DNA of 64,000 nt, taken from assembly GCA_009914755.4 (NCBI GenBank), contig CP068257.2, positions 43,552,001-43,616,000 on the forward strand. Reading direction: 5' to 3'. The position numbers and the translations under genes were made by a program. Below, piece after piece: positions 46,681 to 62,074 of the stretch (position 1 is its first letter; every line of letters starts with the position of its first letter). Below the pieces are notes generated by a model. It did no database searches. It was not told the DNA's origin and worked only from the letters and a program-made list of their open reading frames with translations. The stretch comes from the human T2T-CHM13v2.0 reference genome, Homo sapiens.

Positions 46681-48879
46681 TAAAGGAGGACCAAAAGGTT
46701 TTTTTTTGTAAAGATCAATATTTAGGACAGAAATCACAACCTTTCTATAAAACAAAACAACTGTATAATTTAAAAATTGAATTGTGAGCTAAACGCATAT
46801 GAGGGGTTACGGGTTTTCAAAATTCAGAGATTAGGAGCAAAACCAAAAACTTGTAGCCCGCTTCCCTGTGAGCCTCTTCTCCAGCCCAGCCCGGCTGCAG
46901 GACTCTGGGGCTGCCTTGAGGACGGGGTGCTATTTCTCAGGTTTCGTCTGCAAAGGGGTAAGTCACCCCAAACCAGAGCACTCAGTGGTGGACTTACAGC
47001 CAATCCTGAGCTTCTCAAGACACTAGAGTGCACCCCAGCCTGCCTGCCCCCGAGGCCTGGCACCAGCCAGTGCGGCAAACCAGCAGGCAGGGCACTGAAT
47101 GTCGTCTGAGCTGCAGGGCCCTTCCTGGGGCTGGGGGTCCAGGCCAGAGCCTCTGTGCTGTGTGTGTGTCCTTACTGTCCACGCCCGAGCCTCATTTATA
47201 TGGAGAACACATTTCTTCTCAGAAAAGCAAACCTCAAGCAGTTGAACTGGAGAATGAGGACAGAAGGGCTTATGCAGAGCCGGGATATTTTTTACACAAA
47301 ATCAGAGGAGGGCGACCTTCAAACTATTATTTGTTTTTCTCCTTTGGCCTGGAACTAATCAGCTTAGCATGGATGCCTGGGTGTCCCGGTGAGATAGCGA
47401 ACCCATCTCATTTGGGTGTTTACCTTTTATAAAAGAAAAAAAAATCCATTTCTTATGAGTACATTGTTATTTATTCTAGAACTTCCCTCATAAACCGTCA
47501 GTTCATGCTATGTAATCCTATAAAGTAGTTTATTTTTAAAAATCGTTGAAAGGATAAGCAGAAGATCGCCTCTTCCTGGCATGTGTCAAATTGCTTTATA
47601 TGTAGCTATTCTAGAGCAAAAATGCTGACTGTCCGTTGAATATTGTCACTTGCCAAGCAGAGAGCTGCGCACCCCTTTCACCCATCTGTGGGTCAGTATG
47701 CAGTGTATTTGGGGATATGACACAGTTTCTTATCGCTTCCCATCACCTGTCCTTTGTGAATTGAGGTGGAAGTAATCTCTTGAGGATGACCTGTCTGTGT
47801 TTAAATTGAAGATGAATATTGCCATGGACAAATCTGATTTGATCATTGAAGGGACAAGCCTCTGTTTTAGAATTCATTGTGTTGTCACTCAGTTTTGCTG
47901 CGATTGCCTCCTTGGTGCCTCCTCTTTCTGCGACAAAACCGAGGGAAAAAATAGGTGGGGGGAACTGTGCTGCAGGTACTTTTAAGTGGATTCAATTTAC
48001 CTCTGTTTAAGTAGTAGAGAAATATGTTTGGGCCCTGGAGAGAAAAATGCCCTGGATAATTTGCTTATAAACCAGGCGCATGCCTGGAGTGACCAGTGAG
48101 TGTGGCAGCAACCAGGAGGGGCCACCCTGTTGTCCCTGCCTCAGGGCAGGCTCTCCCACCCCAGCTCCTTGGTGGTTCAGGTGACCTTGTGCATCCCTCA
48201 TGTCAAGCCCTTGCCCAGGCAAGCAGGAGTGGGGCTGGAGCCCTGGGATTCACACAGGGCATGCCGTGCACCATGAGGTCAGTGACATCATAACAGAAGC
48301 CTGGCTTCTCAGACCCATCCAGCCCCAGGAATCCTGAAAGTGGGCAGACCTTCAGGGCACTGGGACAATTTGGAGGGAAGGGAGGGGCTATCTCAAGGAA
48401 CCCTGCAGTGCATGTACCTCTCAGGGAGAAACGGGTGACAGTGGAAGCGCCCTGGTCTGGGGATCAAGGTACCTGGGCTTAAAGCTTTGCTCCCATATAC
48501 CTCAGTCAGCCTCCTCCTCTGCAAAACAAAGACAGTAAAGCCTGGCCACCCACCCCTTGCTTGGTCTTCAGGGTGTCAAGATGGAACTCACACTTTGAGT
48601 CTTGGCTGGGATGGAGTTTGGGCTGGATAAAGGAAGTACAGTGAAAGTAGAAGTGGTAGTCAGACCGATGTGCAGCTGGGTTTGCTCTGCTGGGCAGTGA
48701 GAAGCAAGTGCTGAGTGACTGCCACCCAGAGGAACATGGCTGTCAGGCCCTGTGACCCAGCACCTCTCCACCCTGGATGTAAACTGCTGAGAATCAAGGG
48801 GTGGGGCTCCCAGGAATGAGGCCATGGCAGATGAGGAGGTCTGGAGTGTCTAGCCTAGTGCAAGCTATTTGTTTCCCAG

Positions 48880-50060
48880 ACAAATAGCTCAGTGGAGCAG
48901 AATAGAGAGCCCAGAAGTAGACCCATATAAATATAGTCAACTGATGTTTGCCAAAAGTACAAAGGCAATAAAATGGACAAAAGATAGTGTTTTCAACAAA
49001 TGGCGCTCGATGTTCACATGAAAAAATAAAAGCATGTAAACACAAATCATAAACCCTTCACAACAGCTAACTCTAAATAGATCACAGAAACTACAAACGA
49101 CAAAATTTCTAGAAAGTGACATTAGAGAAAACCTAGATGGCTTGGGTTTGGTGATGACTTTTTAGGTACAACACCAAAGGCAACATCTATGAAGGAAACA
49201 ATAGGCTGGACTTCATTAAAATTAAAAACTGCTCTGCAAAAGATAAAGCCAAGAGGCTGAAAAGACAGGTCATAGACTGGGAGAATATGTTTGCAAAAGA
49301 CACATCTTATAAAGGGTCATTATCTAAAATCAATAAAGACTCTTAAAGCTCAACAATAAGAAAATGATCTGATTTTTTAAATGGGCAAAATAATTTAACA
49401 GATTCCTCACCCAAGAAGATATACAGATGGCAAATAAGCATATGAAAAGATGCTCCAAATCTTATGAGGGAAGTGCAAATTAAAACAAGAATGAGATGCC
49501 ACTACACATCTATTAGAATGGCGAAAATCCAGAACACTGACAACACCAAATGCTGTTGAGGATGTGGAGCAACAGGAACGCTCATTCATTGCTGGTAGGA
49601 ATGCGAATGGTACAGCCACTTTGGAGGACCGTTTGACAGTTTCTTACAAAACTAAATATAATCTTACCATATGGTCCAGCAGTTGCGCTCCAAAGAAGCT
49701 GAAAACTTAGGTCCACACAAAACCTGCTCACGGATGTTTATAGCAGCTTTATTCATTATTGCCAAACTTGGAAGCAACCAAGATGTCCTTCCTTCAGTAA
49801 GTGAATGGATAAATGAAACGTGGCACATTTGGGCAATGGAATATCAGTCAGTGCTGTAAAGAAATTAGCAAGTAATGAAAAGATGTAGAGGAACCTTAAA
49901 TGCATGTTACTAGGTGAAATAAGTCTATCTGAAAAGGCTATATATTGTATGATTCCAACTATATGACATTTTGAAAAAAGTCAAAACTGTGGAAACAGTA
50001 AAAAGACTAGCAGGAGTCAGGCATTTGAGAGCAGGAGGAGTGAATAGGCATAGCACAGAG
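48880..50060 (+). mobile_element. L1 3' end (ORF2 C-terminus + 3' UTR), sense orientation.
   Basis: L1 ORF2 3' text (..gcaaataagcatatgaaaagatgctccaaatcttatgagggaagtgcaaattaaaacaagaatgagatgccac..). Confidence 0.65.
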
Positions 50061-50070
50061 GATTTTTAGA

Positions 50071-50344
<274 letters not shown>

Positions 50345-50399
50345 TAATAAGATTTAAAGAGAAACATCAAAACATTAAAAAGTGGGAGGATGAAGGTAA

Positions 50400-53300
50400 A
50401 ATGTAGAGTTTTTATTCATTTTCTCTTTGCTTGTTTGTTTATGCACCAGTGTTAAGTTGTCATCAGTTTAAAATAATGAGTTATAAGATATTATTTGTAA
50501 GCCCCATGGTAACCTCAAACCAAAAAACATACAACAGATACACAAAAAATAAAAAGCAAGAACTGAAAACGTACCGCAAGAAAAAATCACCTTCACTAAA
50601 AGAAAGACAAAAGGGAAGGAAAGAAGGAAGATGAGAGCACAGAACAACCAGAAAACAAATAATAAAAGGGCAAGAGTAAGTCTTTAACTTATCAATAATA
50701 ACAATGAAAGTAAATGAACTAAACTCTCCAACAAAAGATTAAAAAACAAGACCCACCAATCTGTTGCCTGCAATAAACACACTTCACCTATAAAGACACA
50801 CAGTGGCTGAAAATAAAGTTATGGAAAAAGATATTCCATGCAAATGGAAAACCTAAAAAAGAGCAGGAGGCCCTATACTTACGTCAAACAAAATAAATTT
50901 CAAGACAAAAACTATAATAAGAGAAAAAGTAGGTAATTATATAATGATAAAGGGGTTAATTCAGCAAGATGATATAACAATTGTAAGTACATATGCACCC
51001 AACACTGAAGCACCCAGATATATGAAATATTATTAGAACTGAAGAGAGAGATAGACCCCAATACAATAATAGCTGGAGACTTAACACCCCACCTTCAGCA
51101 TTGGACAGACCATTCAGATAGAAAATCAGCAAAGAAACATTGGACTTAATCTGCACTGTAGACCAAATGGACCTAATAACTGTTTACAGAATATTTTATT
51201 TAATGGCTGTGGAATACACATCCTTCTCAGCACGTGGATCATTCTCAAGACCGTATGTTAGGCCACAAAACAAGCCTTTAAAAATTCCAAAAAAATGAAA
51301 GTATATAAAATATCTTCTCTGACCACAATGGAATAAAACTAGAAATCAATAATGAGGAATTTTGGAAACTATACAAACATATGGAAATTAAACAATATGC
51401 TCCTGAATAAGAACAAAAACCATATGATCATTTCAATTGATGCTGAAAAAGTATCTGATAAAATTCAACATCCCTTTATGATTAGAAAAAATAAAAAATA
51501 AAAGTGATGTACAACAGACCCATAGCTGGTATTATACTGACGGGGAAAAACTGAAAGCCTCTCCTCTAAAATCTGAAACAAGACAAAGATGCCTCCTTTC
51601 ACCACTGTTATTCAACATAGCACTGGAAGGCCTAGCTAGAGCAATCAGACAAGAGAAATAAATAAAGGGCATCCAGATTAGAAAAGAAAGTCAAATTATC
51701 ATTGTTTGCAGAGGATATGATCTTATGTTTGGAAAAACCTAATGACTGTGCTGAAAAAGTATTAGAACTGATAAATTCAGCAAAGTTGCAGGATACAAAA
51801 TCAACCTACAACAGTCAGTAGCATTCGTGTATGCCAACAGTGAGCAATCTGGAAATGAAATCAAGAAAATAATCCCATTTACAATAGCTACAAATAAAAT
51901 AGGAAGAAACTTAACCAAAGAAGTGAAAGATCTCTATGGTGAAGACTATAACACATCAATGCAAGAAATTGAAGAGAACACACAAAAAAATGGAATGATG
52001 TTTCATGTTCATAGACTGGAAGAACCAGTATTGTTAAAATGCCCATACAACCCAAAGCAGTCTACATACTAAATGCAATCCCTCTCAAAATACCAGTGAC
52101 ATTCTTCACAGAAATAGAAAAAAAAATCTTAAAATTTATCTGGAAACACACAAGACCCAAAATAGCCAAAGCTATCCTAAGAAGAAAATAAAACTGGAGG
52201 AATCACATTACCTGATTTCAACTTACACTACAGAGCTGTAGTAACCAAAACAGCATGGTACCAGCATAAAAACAGACACACACCAATGGGACAGAATAGA
52301 GAACCCAGGGCTGGTTGCAGTGGCTCATGCCTCTAATCCCAGCACTTTGGGAGGCCAAGGCATGCGGATCACCTGAGGCCAGGAGTTCAAGACTAGCCTG
52401 ACCAACATGGTGAAACCCCGTCTTTACTAAAAATACAAAAAATTAGCCAGGTGTGAGGGTGGGTGCCTGTAATCTTAGCTACTCGGGAGGCTGAGGCAGG
52501 AGAATCGCTTGAACCTAGGAGTCAGAGGTTGCAGTGAGCCAAGATGGCACCACTACACTCCAACCTGGGTGCAACAGAGTGAGACTCCATCTAAAAAAAA
52601 AAAAATAGTGAACACAGAAATAAATCCATCCATCTACATACAGTAAACTTATTTTTGACAAAGGTGACAAGAATATACATTGGAAGAAAGGACAATCTCT
52701 TCAATAAGTGGTGCTGAGAAAAAACTGGATATCCTTATACAGAAGAATGAAACTGGACACCTATCTCTCACCATATACAAAACTCAAATCAATATGGATG
52801 AAAGACAAAGACAAATCTCAAAACTGTGAAACTACTAAAAGAAAACACTGAGGAACTCTCCGGGACACTGGACTGGGCAAAATTTTTTTAGTAATACCCC
52901 ACGACCACACGCATCCAAAGCAAAAATGGACAAATGGGATCACATCAAGTTAAAAATCTCCTGCACAGCAAAGGATACAATCAACAAAGTGAGGAGACAA
53001 CCCACAGAAAGGGAGAAAATATTTGCAAACTATCCATTGGACAAAGGATTAATAACCAGAATATATAAAGGGGTCAAACAACTCAATAGGAAAGCTAATA
53101 ATCCAGTTTAAAAATGGGCAAAAGATCTGAATAGATATTTCTCGAAAGAAGGCATACAAATGGCAAACAGGCATATGAAATGGTACTCAATATCATTGCT
53201 CATCAGGTAAATGCAAGTCAAAACTATGAGATATCATTTCACCTCAGTTAAAATGGCTTTTATCCAAAAGGCAGGCAATAATGAATGCTGGCAGGGATGT

Positions 53301-53439
53301 GAAGAAGAGAACCCTCATACACTGTGAGGTGACAGGCAAAGGAAATGTAACATACACATAATTGGAATCCCCAACAAAATATTGGAAAAATGGACAATAA
53401 TAAATACTAAAAAAGAGTAAGTCAAGAATGTCTTCCACA

Positions 53440-53440
<1 letters not shown>
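50400..53440 (+). mobile_element. L1 ORF1-end/ORF2 segment, sense orientation, interrupted by Alu (+) at 52309-52605.
   Basis: Very close match to remembered L1 ORF2 nucleotide text. ORF 51827..52072 is an L1 reverse-transcriptase fragment. Confidence 0.75.
52309..52605 (+). mobile_element. Alu (+) nested in L1 ORF2.
   Basis: Alu consensus. Confidence 0.9.
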
Positions 53441-55470
<2,030 letters not shown>

Positions 55471-56231
55471 AATTATTATGCCACTTTCTGGCTTCTGTGA
55501 TACTAATGAGATGTCAACAATCTAATTGTCATTCCTTTGTAGATAATCTGTTTTTTTTTCTTTAGGGCTATTTTAAAAGATTTTCTGTTTCCTTGATTTC
55601 TCCTCCTTTGGATGTATTGGGCTTCCTGACTCTTTGAAGAATCTATCCAGTGTCTTTAAGGTATCTGAAAAATTCTCAGCCATTGTCTCTTTAAATATTG
55701 CCTCTCATGTTATTTCTATTATTTCCTTCAAAAACTCTTTTACATGTATGTTAGGTTCTCTGTTTCCATCATCCATGGTTTTTCAACTGTTTTTAAGTGT
55801 TTTGTCTCTTTGTTTCTCTGGACTGCATTCTGATGTAATTTCTTTGGATCTGTTTTCCACTTCACTGTTTCTCTCTTCGTCTGTGTCTAAATCTGTTGTT
55901 CAGACATCAAATTTTATAGTAATTTGTTTCCTTTGTTCTTATTCTTGATTGTGAACTGTTCATTTGCTTTGTAAATATATTAGTTGGAATTATTTGAGTC
56001 TTTGACTTAATTTTCCCCAGAAAGATTTGTATTTCCTTCAACTTGTCACCTTGATGGGAGGGGGGAAGAGATGTCTCCAGTATAGGACTATTTTTGTAAA
56101 TAAATCAACTTAAAATTTGGACCACACAAAGTTAGACTGAATTTGGATCATCAACTTCCTTGAGGTCTGCCTTGAGTTTATAAATTCTTGGGGTATTTTT
56201 TTCTCCTTCCTCAATGTTACTGCTGAACTGT

Positions 56232-56285
56232 ATCTTGGCCTTTTGGCTAAGATCAAGTGGAGTATCTTTTCTTATCAGTTTAATG
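56232..56285 (+). pseudogene. U2 snRNA 5' fragment of about 54 nt, corresponding to U2 positions about 5-60: atcttggccttttggctaagatcaagtggagtatcttttcttatcagtttaat.
   Basis: About 3 mismatches against the remembered U2 sequence (..ttctcggccttttggctaagatcaagtgtagtatctgttcttatcagtttaat..). One is a CpG to TpG change. Similarity ends abruptly after tttaat. Confidence 0.65.
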
Positions 56286-57529
56286 TTAGGGCTGAGACAG
56301 GAACATTTCCTGCATGTCTATGTACAATTGCATGAAATTTTTCATGTACAGTTTGAAGTTTCTGCTGTACAAAGGGTCCTCTTCTATTTTTCCCACCTTG
56401 GGAAGATCCTCAGGCTTATTTCCTCTCCTCTCAGCCCTCTATCATTGTCAGACTTGCTCAGTGTTTGCAGGGTTCTGTAGAAAACCTGGATTTGAAAGTT
56501 GGATTTGGCATGGCTTGTCTCCTGGGGTTCTTGATTTCCCTCTCTTTGTTCCTTGTGGTTTATTTGCTTTCATGAATGATCTGTGGTATGTTTTAAAGTT
56601 TCTTTGAATTCAACTATTTACTTTATTCAGGAGGGTTGTTCAGGGCATATTATCTGCAATAGTATAAGAATTATAATCCCCAAGGCTATTCTTCACTTTC
56701 TATGTCCTTTTGGTTTGGATCTGTCTTAACCTAGAAAACAGAGCCTGAGGCAAGGATGTAAAGCATTGGGGCTTTATTTGGGAAGTGTAAACCCAGGACT
56801 GTGAGAGTGAGGTGCGAGAGATTGAGGCAAGGAAGGACCTCCCTGCAGTGATGCGATGTGAGTCTCAACTGTGCTGGCTGCTGTTTCATAAGAGGCTGAA
56901 GTGACCTGGCTCGGCAGATGCCTCTGGGTCAGCTGCATGGGAAGATGGCTCCAGGGATTCCACAGGAGGGGAACGGAATGTATCTTCTGGCTCTCTTCTG
57001 GCGGCTACTTTCCACTGGTCAAAGCTGTCCCCGCAGGGAATCAGGGGCCCTGGGTTGCATTCCCAGCCTCCTTAGCAGCTGCTCTGGGTACCACATCCCC
57101 ATGCTGCAGAGTGGCATCTCATGAGGACACAGAAGTGGCAGGTGGAGCATGTGGCTGGTCTGCCTGGCTGCACTGAGTTGGTCGAGGCAGGTCAGCAGGA
57201 ACCTGAGTGGCTGCTTGGCCCACACCACAGCAGAGCCAGGGAGACCAGCAGGCACATGAGATGTCTGCTGACACAGGATCTAAGATGGCCCAGTTATGCA
57301 CTGGCCCCTGTGCATTTCTGGGCCATGACACCTTCTGAATTGAGTTCTCAGTGTCATTACAAGTCACAGGTTTCTGGGTGATGTTAAGATATCACAAGGT
57401 GGACTGGCTATGTTTCCAACCCTTTTTCCTCTAGCTCCGTACACCATCTCCATCCCCAGCGCTGGCCCTTGGCAGCTCAGGGTAAAGTCATGTGAAGCTC
57501 TGGGTGCAGGTCAAGGGCTAGTGGTGGAG

Positions 57530-57905
57530 GTAAGAGGCTCTGCTCCTGTGGGGTGGGGGTGAGGGGCTCTGTGCCTATGGAGTGAGGGTCAGGGGGTGAG
57601 GGGCTCTGTGCCTATGGGGTGGGGGTGAGGGGTGGGGGGCTCTGTGCCTATGGGGTGGGGGTGAGGGGTGGGGGGCTCTGTGCCTATGGGGTGGGGGTGA
57701 GGGGTGGGGGGCTCTGTGCCTATGGGGTGGGGGTGAGGGGTGAGGGGCTCTGTGCCTATGGGGTGGGGGTGAGGGGTGGGGGGCTCTGTGCCTATGGGGT
57801 GGGGGTGAGGGGTGAGGGGCTCTGTGCCTATGGGGTGGGGGTGAAGGGCTCTGCGCCTAAGGGCTAGTGGTGGGGGTAAGAGGCTCTGCTCCTATGGGGT
57901 GGGGA
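57530..57905. repeat. Minisatellite with a roughly 38-bp unit, about 8-9 copies. Unit ggggctctgtgcctatggggtgggggtgaggggtgggg, G-tract rich.
   Basis: Direct reading of the sequence. Generates the ORF 57619..57867 (GVGVRGGGLCAY repeats). Confidence 0.9.
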
Positions 57906-59292
57906 GGCCCCTGGGGTGGATAAGTTCAGCTGTGGGGAGGCAGTGGGAAGCTGGTTTGGGTAGCGGGTTCAGACTTGTTTCCAGGCAAGGGTATCAGAGC
58001 CCTGCTGGATTTCAACCCTCTGACACCCCAATTCCAAGGTCAGTACCCCAAGTCCTTCCAGGGCAGAACCTCAAAACCCCCACAGGAGTGATACGAGGTA
58101 TGGAACTGGGTTCCTGGACAGCCAGCCTTGTAGGTGTGCAGAGATGTCCTCTTCATTGTGATGCTGTCACTAATACTGTAAAAGATTGGTCATTGTTCAG
58201 TAGGAGAAAAGAATTCTATGGCCAGATACACATGGCTGTCTGCACATTACAGTCATAATGCCCCCACTGGCTCTAAGAATTCCTGAAACAAGGGGCTCAT
58301 CTGACCTGACGTCATGTGTGACCATGGAGTCCATCTCCCACGGACGTGAGCTGAGGGAGCAGAAGCCAGATTGTGTGCCCTTCCCCGCACGAAGAGCCTC
58401 AGGTCTTGGTAGAGCAGCATGACATTCTGGTGTGGCCATAAGAGGGTGTGGGAGGGGCAGACGGGGGAGAAAAATGGGGCAAGCAGCGCCTCCTCAGCCC
58501 CCCAACCCAATGACCCTTAACAGCCACCAGCACCCACAGGAGCAGGTGTTTTAGGACAGCCAGTCGAGAAGGTGAGGTAAACATCCTCTGTGTCTAGCCT
58601 GGTGACAAGTTTGAGCTTATGGGACATTAACTCACAAAGCAAAGTAACTGCAGCACGCTGTGAACCCTCCCTGAATTAATGGCAGGCGAATCTGCTTCAA
58701 GCAGAAATGGGTTATCTACAGAAACTTTGGATGTGCAGTTGAGTCTGAATCCTCCCCATTAATGGTGAGGGTAATGGGGTGGAGAGGACAGCCTCAGCCG
58801 GCCCCAGCTGACTTCTCTCCGCTGTGGAAGTTAATTCTGTGATGCTGTGGGGCCTGACAGCGTTTTTTGCCTTCCTGCTTTTTTTAAGGCAGACATTGCC
58901 AATTCACCTTTCCGGAGTTGTCTTCTGTTCCGCGTGGGGAGAAGATGATCGAGGGGGCTGCTGGGAGCATAGGGGAGGCACCTTGTGCCCACACACATCT
59001 GCAGATGAACTCTTGGGGTCATGCGGAGTGAGTCCTAACTGTGTACGGCTTTAGAGGGCGTCTCCAACTCAACCAACTGCTCAGTGCTCAGAGCAGTCTT
59101 ATCTCATGGATACATCATGACAGATGCCAATGGCAATGTAATCATCAGAAAGTATTCTTTAAATTTCTTGAAGCAAGCAACCAGAAATATTAAAGATAAG
59201 CCTAAATATAAGGCAGCCCTCTGTAACCCACCCACATGACACTGGTGTAGGTTTGCACACGCCTTGCATTCCATGGAGTCATCGAATGGTTA

Positions 59293-59619
<327 letters not shown>

Positions 59620-60189
59620 TTAATGTTTTCCCTTTCACTTCAAGTCGATATACCTTTCTACATGCCTAACTTTATTATACTTTTCAATACTGCCTAGTTG
59701 TATATTTAGGAGAGGTACAGTAATTTACTAAAACATCTCCATTATTGCACATTTAGTCAAATAGTTGTTTTTTCGTTTAAGTGATGTCATAATGAACATC
59801 TCCATGGTGGTTTTGTTTCAGGTGAGATTCTTGTTCTTAAGCTGCATCCCCAGGAGTAGGATTACTGGGTCAAAGCACAGACACATCTTTATGACTTTTG
59901 CTCTGTGTTACCAAAACTCACAAAAATGTTTAAAGGATTGTTTGAAAAAAGGTTGTGTTCAAGGTGGTTCAAGAGAATCAGGAGTTTCAGGCTGTCCAGA
60001 ATTTTGTAAACCAAAACCACACCCCTAATGCAAACAAGTTATGGATCTTATAAAAGAAAGAAAGAAAATCTGTATGACGCTGAGCAGAAAACATCACTCA
60101 TCAGCCCGATACTTATTTTTGCCATAGTTGACTTGTTTAAAAAGCTGTAATTTCAGAAGATGTGTTATTTTTAGTAATAATACTCAGTA

Positions 60190-60400
60190 GCTGACATCTA
60201 CTGAACTCTTAATGTTCCGGGCACCATAGTAAGCATTTAACATGAATTTTCACACATAATCTGTATGACAACCCACGGAATAGCCCTATTTTATTTTACA
60301 GCTTTGGAAACTGGGGTTAGAGAAGCAAGTAGCCCCAAATCACACAGGGGCATAGGGCTGAGCGTGGATTCACGTCAGCTGGGCTAAAGCCAGAGCCGGT
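60190..60400 (+). mobile_element. MIR fragment.
   Basis: ..ttttacagctttggaaactggggttagagaagcaagtagccccaaatcacacagg.. resembles the MIR core ttttacagatgaggaaactgaggctcagagaggttaagtgacttgcccaaggtcacacag. Confidence 0.45.
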
Positions 60401-61771
60401 GCTTTGGCTTTATCCAATTGTGTTAGGACTCTGTGCTACTGATCAATGAGCTATCGATGAATATCAGAAAATCGATTGATTAAGGACACCTGACAGTGAG
60501 GTCTTAGGAGTCACTTTTCCTCTTGGTACAGATGAATACCTACAACAGAGAGAAGGACAAAGCTGTCCTGCAGTGCCGGGCTCACCTGCGCCACCGCCTG
60601 CAGCCTTTGCTTCCTGACTCAGCCTAACTCCCAATGTCAGAATAAATGCAGGAGAGGGCAGTTTGGTGATGAAAGGAGAGGAACTATACTTGGAAATGAT
60701 ATTTTTCTGCATATTTAGAACCAAAAACCCCACTGGTTCATTGATCTCTGTGAGTAAAGGGTTAATAAAGCTCCCTTTCTGGAATTGAATCTGACCTCTG
60801 CTCACCTCCAGCTCTGTCCCTTGGGAAATCTGAGAGGGAGGGCCACCAGCTCTATTCCCAGGTGTGGGCAGCAGAATTCCAGCCTCGGCAAACGCCGTCC
60901 CAGAAGTGAGGTCGCCCGTGAAAATACTGCGTTGCTTGGCAAGAGGGACCTGCGCCAATGTCATTAAGATTCCTAATCAGCTGACCTTAAAGTAGATGAG
61001 CCTGGATCCTCTGGGCGATGTGAGTCCCTGACAGCAGGAGAGGGGGCAGGAGGGGAAGGCGGGGACTCGAAGCATGAGGGAGACTGGCTGCTGCTGCTGC
61101 TGGCATAGAAGGAGCTGGCTTCTGCCAAGAACCTGAGGGAGCCCAGTCGCTGCTGCCTCCCCAGCACCCTCAGGCAAGACCTCAGGCTGGGCATCGCCTT
61201 GCCTTTGGCCTGGTGAGGCTCCAAGCAGAGAACCCAGTCATCACCCTCAGAAACTTGTTTCAGTCCTTTCGGTTTGTAACAATCCAAGCACCGCCCCCAG
61301 AGTTACATGATAACTTTCATTGTCTCCTTCACTGTGGAGGCCATGAGGAGCCCCTGCCTGAAAAATCCTCAAGTCCCCATGCTGAGTTGAACCATACAGT
61401 CCGCAGTAGGGCAGGACCTGCCCGCCTGTTCGTCGCCCCTGGCGGTGGCTGTGCGGTGAGCCTCCCATAAGCAGCACATAACTCAGCTTCAAAAACCCAA
61501 TCTCATAATTGTGCCTTTGATCAGAAGTTGTATCTATTTAGATTTATTGTGATTTCTGATATATTTGGATTGTTTATACCTCTCTATATTGTGTTTTCTA
61601 ATTTATCCTTTTGTTGTTTTTTTCTCCTTTCTTACCCCTTCTTTTGGTTGATTCATTCTTTCTGCTTATCCCACTTTCACTCCTTCACACTACTTTGAGA
61701 ATTATATTCTCTATTCCTGTTGTTTTGGTGGGGAATCTCAAAACTTTACTGTTTATCTTAGAGTCTAAAGT

Positions 61772-62074
61772 GGCAGGAGCAATGCTGCACGCCTGTAATC
61801 CTAGCACCTTGGGCGGCTGAGGTGAGGGGATCACTTGAAGCCAGGATTTCGAGACCAGCCTGGGCAACATAGTGAGACCCTGTCTCTACAAAATATGGAG
61901 GGGGAAAAAAAACCTAGCTGAGTGTGGTGGCATGTACCCGTAGTCCTAGCTACTCAGGAGGCTGAGGTGGGAGGATTGCTTGGGCCCAAGAATTCCAGGC
62001 TATGGTGAGCTACGATCATGCCACTGCACTGCAGCCTGGGCAACAGAGCGAGACCCCATCTCTTAAAAAAAAAA
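61772..62074 (+). mobile_element. Alu (+).
   Basis: Alu consensus. Confidence 0.88.

Noticed and set aside
60464-60964. 166-aa minus-strand ORF in unique intergenic sequence.
   Set aside because: No recognisable motif, no splice-site context, and average composition. The ORF partly overlaps MIR-derived sequence. No support for coding.
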